Shown: positions 4,858-10,591 of the stretch, piece after piece | How the letters are laid out: every line of letters begins with the position of its first letter | Position numbering within the stretch: the stretch's first letter is position 1 | Virus record (IMG/VR): IMGVR_UViG_3300048583_000185 | Location: 1-35,555 of that record | DNA: 35,555 nucleotides | Origin: a virus | Direction: 5' to 3' (one strand) | The notes under the pieces: model-generated | Told to the model about the DNA's origin: nothing | Database searches by the model: none | What the model saw: only the letters and a program-made list of their open reading frames with translations | Position numbers and translations under genes: made by a program

Positions 4858-5913
4858 ATGAATGAGTTGGCTCTTTTCGCAGGCGCTGGTGGCGGAATAC
4901 TCGCAGGCCACATGCTGGGCTGGCGCACCGTCTGCGCAGTTGAGCGTGATGCCTACGCCGCACAAGTTCTGGCGCAACGACAGAACGATGGAGCCCTCCG
5001 ACCATTCCCGATTTGGGCTGACGTGTGCGGCTTTGACGGAAGACCGTGGCGCGGACTTGTTGACGTGGTTTCGGGGGGCTTCCCTTGCCAAGACATCAGC
5101 GTTGCCGGCAAGGGCGCCGGCATTGACGGAGAGCGCAGCGGCATGTGGAGCCACATGGCGCGGATCATTGGCGAAGTTCGACCCCGCTTCTGCTTCGTGG
5201 AGAACAGCCCAGCCCTCGTTACTCGGGGACTCGGAAGAGTGCTCGGTGACCTGGCCGCGCTCGGGTATGACTGCCGGTGGACTGTGCTGGGAGCTGCCGA
5301 CGTTGGCGCCCCCCACCAGCGCGACAGGTTCTGGCTTGTGGGTGCCGACACCCTGCGCGACCGATGCGAAGCCGATCACGGGCGGGAACCTTTACGTGAC
5401 GGAAACGGGCACGGTGCGACACATGCGGCCGGATGGCAAGAGCAGCAACCGGGGCCTTGCAGCGAGTGCGGCCATGTGGCCGACACCCACCAGCAGCCTG
5501 GGCACGAACGGCGGCCGTGTGACGCCTGCCAAGGCTCTGGAAGGCGGGACGCTGATAGAGGCGCTGAGTGCGCGGACCACTTGGCCGACGCCGACCGTAT
5601 GCGACAACTACAACCGCAAGGGAGCCAGCGCGACCAGCGGGGACGGGCTTGCCACTGCGGTGCTGAAGTTTCCGACGCCTTCGACGCTTGGCATCAATGG
5701 CGGCAGTCATTCTCAAGCGGCGGCAGTGAAGCGCGGCCAGGCGGTGACGGAAGTCAATGGTGGCTCGCTGAACCCGACGTGGGTCGAGTGGCTAATGGGG
5801 TGGCCTATCGGGTGGACCGACTTAAGGCACTCGGAAACGGACAGGTGCCCCGATGCGCAGCCACAGCCTGGCGAATGCTCACTGGTGGCATGAGCGACAC
5901 GCATAACGGCTGA
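4858..5913 (+). CDS. dcm: DNA (cytosine-5) methyltransferase, 351 aa (frame A)
   Basis: Motif I LFAGAGGG, motif IV GGFPCQDIS, motif VI FVENSPAL, motif VIII APHQRDRFWLVG, C-terminal motif X RLKALGNGQVP. GGAG at 4850-4853. The middle third (Arg/Asp/Gly/His-rich) looks poor in this frame. Confidence 0.7.
   Translation: MNELALFAGAGGGILAGHMLGWRTVCAVERDAYAAQVLAQRQNDGALRPFPIWADVCGFDGRPWRGLVDVVSGGFPCQDISVAGKGAGIDGERSGMWSHMARIIGEVRPRFCFVENSPALVTRGLGRVLGDLAALGYDCRWTVLGAADVGAPHQRDRFWLVGADTLRDRCEADHGREPLRDGNGHGATHAAGWQEQQPGPCSECGHVADTHQQPGHERRPCDACQGSGRRDADRGAECADHLADADRMRQLQPQGSQRDQRGRACHCGAEVSDAFDAWHQWRQSFSSGGSEARPGGDGSQWWLAEPDVGRVANGVAYRVDRLKALGNGQVPRCAATAWRMLTGGMSDTHNG
4862..5893 (+). CDS. Overlapping same-strand ORF in the +1 frame of dcm, 343 aa, with WPTPT repeats and a C-terminal LNPTWVEWLMGWPIGWT motif
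   Basis: ATG lies 8 nt after the same GGAG. Balanced composition throughout. Repeated (W/F)PTP(T/S) units. I recognise the C-terminal motif from phage methylase-associated proteins. It is unclear whether it is translated. Confidence 0.4.
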   Translation: MSWLFSQALVAEYSQATCWAGAPSAQLSVMPTPHKFWRNDRTMEPSDHSRFGLTCAALTEDRGADLLTWFRGASLAKTSALPARAPALTESAAACGATWRGSLAKFDPASASWRTAQPSLLGDSEECSVTWPRSGMTAGGLCWELPTLAPPTSATGSGLWVPTPCATDAKPITGGNLYVTETGTVRHMRPDGKSSNRGLAASAAMWPTPTSSLGTNGGRVTPAKALEGGTLIEALSARTTWPTPTVCDNYNRKGASATSGDGLATAVLKFPTPSTLGINGGSHSQAAAVKRGQAVTEVNGGSLNPTWVEWLMGWPIGWTDLRHSETDRCPDAQPQPGECSLVA

Positions 5914-5985
5914 GTTCAGCGGGCCGCGTGATGCGGCCTGAAAGTGCGGAGTCCGTGACGGCTCCGCTGCAACGATTGGTTAGGC
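5901..5985 (-). other. attC site (proximal, 85 bp)
   Basis: Minus strand: GCCTAAC-CAATC-GTT[G]CAGCGG[A]GCCG-(32-nt variable loop)-CGGCCCGCTGAAC-TCAGCC-GTTATGC. This is the same 5-nt/6-nt spacer and bulge geometry as the aadA1 attC. Confidence 0.75.
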
Positions 5986-6006
5986 CCTGGTGGCCGAAGG
6001 GGAAGA

Positions 6007-6255
6007 ATGATGAACACCAAAGAGAAAGCCGCGATGGATGCGGGCGTGCAGTTCGGCATGAACATGCTCAAACTGGTGCCAAGCGACGACAAGCTGGCGC
6101 AGGAAGCCCACATCACCGGCGTGCTGGTGGCATTCATGGGCGCGCTGTGGGGCACGCTGGGCACCGAGTACGCACGGGGCTTCATTGAGGCCCAGCTTCG
6201 CGGCATGGAGCCCGACAAGCCGCATGAGCGATTCACGGCGCCGCCCGTGCAGTAA
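6007..6255 (+). CDS. Hypothetical protein, 82 aa (cassette 1 ORF)
   Basis: GGGGAAG SD precedes ATGATG. Flanked by GTTAGGC (5979-5985) and GCCTAAC (6258-6264). Central hydrophobic stretch ITGVLVAFMGALWGTLG. Confidence 0.6.
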   Translation: MMNTKEKAAMDAGVQFGMNMLKLVPSDDKLAQEAHITGVLVAFMGALWGTLGTEYARGFIEAQLRGMEPDKPHERFTAPPVQ

Positions 6256-6257
6256 GG

Positions 6258-6318
6258 GCCTAACTTCAATTCGCCAACACCCTGACCACCTCCCCGTCGC
6301 ATAACACCGAGCCGCCGC
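6258..6318 (-). other. attI-like site
   Basis: Minus strand from the intI ATG: GTTATGC (6305-6299), GTTGGCG (6278-6272), GTTAGGC (6264-6258). All are direct repeats with no attC-type palindrome, comparable to the DR/L/R box layout of attI1 ending in GTTAGGC. Confidence 0.55.
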
Positions 6319-7350
6319 ATGCAAGTCATTGATCTGCCATTACCCGCAGCGGTTACGCACGACGCCGCTCCCGCGTTATGCGACGCGCCACCGAAGCGGC
6401 TTAAGCAGCTCATGCGCGAAGCCTGCGCGGTGCGCCATTACAGCCGGCGCACGTTCCAGGCGTACTGGCACTGGTCGAAGCGCTTCATCCTCTGGTCAGG
6501 TAAGCGGCACCCGCGCGACATGGGCCAGCTCGAGGTGTCCGAGTTCCTGACCTGGCTGGCCATCGAAGGCAACGTCTCAGCCAGCACTCAGCGCCAAGCT
6601 CTGCACGGCATCCTGTTCTTGTACCAGGCGGCGCTCGGTATCCAGATCGGCTGGATCGAAAACATCGTGCGGGCCAAGCAAGCCCAGCGACTGCCCACAG
6701 TGATGTCTGTCGACGAGACTTCGGCAGTGCTGGCGGCCACCAGCGGCACGCCTGGGCTTTTCCTGCGGCTGCTGTACGGTACCGGCCTGCGGCTGATGGA
6801 AGGTCTGCGCCTGCGGGTCAAAGACCTGGACATCCCCCAGCGATTGGTGATCGTGCGCGGCGGCAAGGGCGACAAGGATCGCGTCACCGTGCTCCCAGAG
6901 CGCCTCGTCAAGCCCCTGACCGAGCTGCTCGATCAGCGCCGCCGCTGGCACCAGATCGACATGGCCACCGGGCACGCCAGCGTTGACCTGCCACACGCGC
7001 TGGCCAAGAAGTACCTGCGCGCTGGCTCCGAGTGGCCCTGGCAGTACGTCTTTGCCACGCCCGAGTACCACGTCAACCCAGACACCGGCGAAGAGCGCCG
7101 TCACCACCTTTTCGACTGGACCATCCAGCGCGCCATGAAGGACGCGGTACGCGCTGCCGGCGTCACGAAGCCAGCCACCCCGCACACGCTGCGGCACTGC
7201 TTTGCCACTCACCTGCTGCAGGCCGGCACCGACATCCGCCGCATCCAGGAGCTGCTGGGTCATGCAGACGTCAGCACGACCATGATCTACACCCACGTCG
7301 CCTCCATGGGACACACCGGCGTGCGCAGCCCGTTGGACGCGCTTGCATGA
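6319..7350 (+). CDS. intI: Integron integrase (IntI-type tyrosine recombinase), 343 aa
   Basis: Collinear by eye with IntI1: HYSRRTFQAYWHWSKRFI, STQRQAL, LLYGTGLRLMEGLRLRVKDLD, GKGDKDR, ATPHTLRHCFATHLL, LLGHADVSTTMIYTHV, GVRSPLDAL. It also has the IntI-specific insert DLPHALAKKYLRAGSEWPWQYVFA (nt 6979-7056). Confidence 0.85.
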   Translation: MQVIDLPLPAAVTHDAAPALCDAPPKRLKQLMREACAVRHYSRRTFQAYWHWSKRFILWSGKRHPRDMGQLEVSEFLTWLAIEGNVSASTQRQALHGILFLYQAALGIQIGWIENIVRAKQAQRLPTVMSVDETSAVLAATSGTPGLFLRLLYGTGLRLMEGLRLRVKDLDIPQRLVIVRGGKGDKDRVTVLPERLVKPLTELLDQRRRWHQIDMATGHASVDLPHALAKKYLRAGSEWPWQYVFATPEYHVNPDTGEERRHHLFDWTIQRAMKDAVRAAGVTKPATPHTLRHCFATHLLQAGTDIRRIQELLGHADVSTTMIYTHVASMGHTGVRSPLDALA

Positions 7351-7586
7351 CCACACTCGACATCCCCGCGATTGCTGAGCTGCTTGGCGTCAGCGCTAAG
7401 ACCGTGCGCGACCGCTTGGTGCATCGGCCCGACTTTCCGCCGCCACTGCTTGCAGCCGGCCCTCGATCTCGCCGCTGGTGCGCCGCCGAAGTCACCGCCT
7501 GGGCGACGCCAGCCGCGCGGCGATCTCCTGCGCCGTCTCGCGGAAATACACCCGCAGCAGAAGCGACAAGTCCCGATGCCCGCTGA
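7347..7586 (+). CDS. xis: Excisionase/AlpA-like MerR-type HTH protein
   Basis: LDIPAIAELLGVSAKTVRDRLVHRPDFPPPL...RRWCAAEVTAW is the HTH_17/Xis pattern. ATGA overlap with the intI stop. The 3' 95 nt overlap the convergent integrase gene, so the true stop is uncertain. Confidence 0.6.
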   Translation: MTTLDIPAIAELLGVSAKTVRDRLVHRPDFPPPLLAAGPRSRRWCAAEVTAWATPAARRSPAPSRGNTPAAEATSPDAR

Positions 7587-8517
7587 TCCGTGCGAGCGTC
7601 AGCACATCGACGCGGCGCGACAGCATTGTCAGCGCCGTGGCTCTGGCGTCATGGAAATGCACATCGCCCAGCATCACAGAATCCCGCACTCGCCGGAATA
7701 GCGTGTCCAGGGTGGCTGAAGACAGCGGAAGCAGCCGCCCGTCATCACCCGCCGCCGCCTCCGCCAGCCAGCCCAGCACGCGCGCGCCCTGCGGAGTCAG
7801 CGGCACCAGGCGCCGACCGACAGCGTGCGCTGTCTTGTGGTCGGCCAGCGTCACTACGCGGCGTTGCAGATCGACGGAGCCAACGGTTAGGCCCATGATC
7901 TCGCCGGCCCGCATCGCCGTGCGCAAGCTGACCAGCAGCGCCCAGGCAACGCACTGCAGACCGGTCACCGGCGGCACTGCTGTCCGGTAATCGCAGCGGC
8001 GCATGATGGTGCGGATTTCGCGCCATCCCATGCGCCGGTCGCGCGGGATGGCCTCGGCGGGCATCCTGACGGCTCGCCAGGGCGTCGGCGACGGACTCCA
8101 GGCCCACTCGGTGCTGGCCACCGTCCAGACGTGCCGCAGGATGTTGATGTCGCGCTGCACGCTGGCCGGCGTCACGCGCTGCAGCCGGGCGTCGCGCCAC
8201 TGGCCGAGGTCGTCGGCGGTGATGGTGTGCAGCACCTTGCCGCACAGCGCAGGAAAGTCGCGCTGGATGGCCGCCAGGCGCAGCCGCTCGGCCCTCGCGC
8301 CGCGCTTTTCCGCCGTGATCTCGCGCTCGTAGCGGTCAAGCGCATCGGCCAGCGTCTTGCGCGGCCAACGGCTGACGGTGCCGGCAAGGATCGCCGCTTC
8401 TTCCTGCGCGGCCCATGAGCTTGCCGCAGCTTTGGTGCCGAAGGTGCGCGACGTCCGCACACCCTGGCGCTCGATCTCAACGCGCCAGCCTTTCGCCGTC
8501 TTGCGGTAATACGCCAC
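7492..8517 (-). CDS. int: Phage tyrosine integrase, 341 aa
   Basis: N-terminal arm-binding-type MAYYRKTAKGWRVEIERQG. Catalytic LRTAMRAGEI (R), HFHDARATALT (HxxR), GHRDLSLLLRVYF (H...Y). Adjacent to attP. Confidence 0.85.
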   Translation of the reverse strand: MAYYRKTAKGWRVEIERQGVRTSRTFGTKAAASSWAAQEEAAILAGTVSRWPRKTLADALDRYEREITAEKRGARAERLRLAAIQRDFPALCGKVLHTITADDLGQWRDARLQRVTPASVQRDINILRHVWTVASTEWAWSPSPTPWRAVRMPAEAIPRDRRMGWREIRTIMRRCDYRTAVPPVTGLQCVAWALLVSLRTAMRAGEIMGLTVGSVDLQRRVVTLADHKTAHAVGRRLVPLTPQGARVLGWLAEAAAGDDGRLLPLSSATLDTLFRRVRDSVMLGDVHFHDARATALTMLSRRVDVLTLARISGHRDLSLLLRVYFRETAQEIAARLASPRR

Positions 8518-8741
8518 GCGGGAATCCTTGCGGGACTGGCGCGGGATGACGCCGAGGTCTTGCGGGATTCTGCGCGGCGTTAGGCGGGATTGAGCCTAGG
8601 TATTTCGGGGTTGTGCGGGGCGTTGCGAGGTGCTATGCGGTGCAGGTTCTGGCGCCCCCGGCAGGAATCGAAAGCCTCGCCAGCGCTTGCGATCGACGGC
8701 ATAGGCGGGAATTGTGCGGGATGCGAATTAGGTCAGCCGAC
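8518..8741. other. attP region with arm-type repeats
   Basis: Six or more same-orientation copies of GCGGGA(T), starting at 8530, 8541, 8562, 8584, 8705 and 8715, plus a degenerate copy at 8614. They flank a tRNA-3'-end-like core. Confidence 0.6.
8650..8672 (-). other. attP core candidate: 3' end of a tRNA gene (T-loop, T-stem, acceptor stem, CCA)
   Basis: Minus strand TTCGATTCCTGCCGGGGGCGCCA reads as T-loop TTCGATT, stem CCTGC, acceptor CGGGGGC, discriminator G, CCA. The upstream bases do not complete a T-stem or the rest of a tRNA. Confidence 0.55.
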
Positions 8742-9251
8742 CTAACCGCGCCGCAAAATGTCATCTTTGCGCGCGCTGCCGGCGCTGCTGCCAAAGTAGT
8801 AGGCAACGATCGTACCCCAAGCGCCGCCCAGCGCGCCCAGCATGACCAGCAGCGCCTCGCTGCCGCGCTCTGGCATGCCGGCGGCCAGCAGCCAAGCGAG
8901 CACCCCGAAGAAACCCAGCGTCACGGCCGCAGCCAGCGCTCTCGGCGTCCAGTGGTCGCCGGTCTTGACTTCACGGTCACGCGCGTCAGACCGGTCAGCC
9001 TGATGCAGCTTCTCGACGTCGATATCCAGCTCGCGCATGCGCGTGGAAAACGCCTGATCAGCTTGCCGGATGGCCAGCAGCGCATCCGGCCCACCGGCGG
9101 TGACAGCTGCCGCCACATCGTCCACGGTGGCGTCTTCGCGCCCCAGTAGCTTCGCCGACAGCGCGGCCACTGCCGCCCCTGCAAGCGGTCCGCCAAGCGC
9201 CGCGGCCAGACCAGGAGCTACCGCGCCAACGACATCTTTCCAGTCCGCCAT
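8742..9251 (-). CDS. Holin, 3-TM GTA-type, 169 aa
   Basis: AGGAGG SD precedes the ATG at 9251. Gly/Ala-rich N-terminus, then TM segments LAAAVTLGFFGVLAWLLAAG and ALLVMLGALGGAWGTIVAYYFG. Lies immediately downstream of the endolysin. Confidence 0.6.
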   Translation of the reverse strand: MADWKDVVGAVAPGLAAALGGPLAGAAVAALSAKLLGREDATVDDVAAAVTAGGPDALLAIRQADQAFSTRMRELDIDVEKLHQADRSDARDREVKTGDHWTPRALAAAVTLGFFGVLAWLLAAGMPERGSEALLVMLGALGGAWGTIVAYYFGSSAGSARKDDILRRG

Positions 9252-9253
9252 GG

Positions 9254-9721
9254 TTACACCTCCTGCAAGTTCGCGGCGATACGCCGGGCCCAGCCGCGCC
9301 CAAAGCTCGGCCAGGTCGGCAGGTCGGCCATCAGCGCGAGCCTCTGCCCGTTGAATCGAGCCAGCAGGCGCGGCGCAGGCATGCTCTGCACGGCCTGCAG
9401 CGTCCGCGGCCCGAGGATGCCGTCGACCGTCTCGCCGACGCACCGCTGCAGCATCCGCACCGCGGTGCTGACACCACTGTTCACCGCGCAGTCAAAAAGG
9501 TGCAGCTTCAGAGAGTCGGGCACAGCGTCGCAGCCGGCAGGCCCCCAGTAGTCGCGCCGGTAGATGGAGCGCGCCTGGTCCACCGTAAGCGCTGCGATGT
9601 CAAGCTGCGGGTAGCTGCGCTTGCTGATCCCGTACTTGCTTTCGCCGCCCGGGTCCGCGCGGTGATTGATGTAGCCGCCCTCGTGCTTGACCAGGGCCGC
9701 GAAGGCTTCGTCGAATGTCAT
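9254..9721 (-). CDS. Endolysin, glycoside hydrolase family 108-like with a peptidoglycan-binding C-terminus
   Basis: TFDEAFAALVKHEGGYINHRADPGGESKYGI is the GH108 N-terminal signature (EGGY...DPGG.T.YGI). Confidence 0.8.
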   Translation of the reverse strand: MTFDEAFAALVKHEGGYINHRADPGGESKYGISKRSYPQLDIAALTVDQARSIYRRDYWGPAGCDAVPDSLKLHLFDCAVNSGVSTAVRMLQRCVGETVDGILGPRTLQAVQSMPAPRLLARFNGQRLALMADLPTWPSFGRGWARRIAANLQEV

Positions 9722-9732
9722 GACCACCACCC

Positions 9733-10014
9733 CTACTCAAACAGCCGATACACCCGCAACGCCACCGCCTCGCCGGTCCAGGTACCGGTCGGCAGCGTCA
9801 CCTTCGCCTGCAGCTTCCATTCGCCGTTCTGGTTGAAGGTGTCGACGAGGCTGACGAACCGCACCTTGGTGGTCTCAACCACCGTGGCTGCCCAGCTCAC
9901 CGTGGTGCCATCCGGCCGCCGCACCTCGATGCTCTGCGCCGTTGCACCAGTCAGGCTGACGCCGGTGTCGAGCTTCAGCTCGGTGCCGGTGTCGCCCATG
10001 TAGACCTTGGTCAT
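9733..10014 (-). CDS. Hypothetical beta-rich protein, 93 aa
   Basis: Clean ORF with protein-like composition. Sits between the receptor-binding region and the lysis genes. Confidence 0.55.
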   Translation of the reverse strand: MTKVYMGDTGTELKLDTGVSLTGATAQSIEVRRPDGTTVSWAATVVETTKVRFVSLVDTFNQNGEWKLQAKVTLPTGTWTGEAVALRVYRLFE

Positions 10015-10018
10015 GCTT

Positions 10019-10180
10019 TCACTCCAGGTAGATCGGTGACGGCAGCGTCACCTGGCGCGTTACCGGGCTGCCCAGGGCCAGCGCTTGAACCAGTTGGCTG
10101 TCGCCTGAGACCTGCAGTGTCGCCAGCGACATCGCCGCCACGGCAACGGTCATTGACGACGACAGGGCAATGGTTTCCAT
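10019..10180 (-). CDS. Hypothetical small protein, 53 aa
   Basis: ATG lies 2 nt after the stop of the upstream gene (TGACCATG). METIALSSSMTVAVAAMSLATLQVSGD... Confidence 0.4.
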   Translation of the reverse strand: METIALSSSMTVAVAAMSLATLQVSGDSQLVQALALGSPVTRQVTLPSPIYLE

Positions 10181-10182
10181 GG

Positions 10183-10587
10183 TCAACTGAAGACCCGCGA
10201 GGTCAGCTCGATAACCGTGCCAGCGCGACTGTGAAGCCGCAGCACCACGCGGCCTGGCTGGGCCACGGCAGACTGTGCGGCCAGGACAGCGGCGCCGACG
10301 CCCACTCCCAGCAACGCGGCGCGGACCGCCTGCCGAGGTTGCAGTGCAGCTTGGCCAGCACCAGTGCCCGCAAGATCGGCCCGTAGCCACAGCCGCGCGG
10401 CCATCTGACCGTGGCTAGCCGCATAGGCTTGCAGCGCAGCCTGTACGACAGTGCGGGCCTGAACAGTGGCGATTCCCGCCCCTGCAACGACAAGAGCCGC
10501 ATCGACGTAACTGCCACCTGGCGGCCCTGCCGCGCCGCCCAGCCAAGGGCCGACCCATTGGCCTGACCAGCTCCCAGCCCACGCCAT
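10183..10587 (-). CDS. Hypothetical Ala/Gly-rich protein, 134 aa
   Basis: MAWAGSWSGQWVGPWLGG... The frame was chosen because of the tight stop/start packing with its neighbours. Confidence 0.45.
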   Translation of the reverse strand: MAWAGSWSGQWVGPWLGGAAGPPGGSYVDAALVVAGAGIATVQARTVVQAALQAYAASHGQMAARLWLRADLAGTGAGQAALQPRQAVRAALLGVGVGAAVLAAQSAVAQPGRVVLRLHSRAGTVIELTSRVFS

Positions 10588-10591
10588 AGCG

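Larger units (their letters stand above)
4779..7350. mobile_element. Integron: intI, attI-like site and a two-cassette array bounded by attC sites (array polarity on the minus strand)
   Basis: IntI-type integrase at 6319-7350. GTTAGGC box 55 bp upstream of its ATG. Two attC-architecture palindromes. Cassette ends obey the G/TT crossover complementarity rule. Confidence 0.75.

Noticed and set aside
4854-4865. Mini-ORF ATG TAT GAA TGA directly after the SD of the methyltransferase.
   Set aside because: It is only three codons long. It is most likely incidental, although it could modulate start-site choice between the two overlapping frames.
4858-5913. Methyltransferase made by two programmed frameshifts (frame A N-terminus, frame B middle, frame A C-terminus).
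   Set aside because: I saw no slippery heptamers at the required switch points. Both frames are open end to end, so frameshifting is not needed to explain the ORF structure. It remains an alternative within the dual-frame finding.
6299-6381. Possible third attC: GCATAAC ... GTTATGC, 83 bp, overlapping the intI start.
   Set aside because: The sequence between the boxes does not form L''/L' arms. Only the boxes and four outward bases pair, and there is no bulged stem. I treat it as an inverted repeat or binding sites, not a cassette boundary.
8650-8672. A tRNA gene.
   Set aside because: Only the T-loop, T-stem 3' half, acceptor 3' half and CCA are present. The upstream bases cannot form the T-stem 5' half, anticodon arm or D arm. 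It is interpreted as the attP core.
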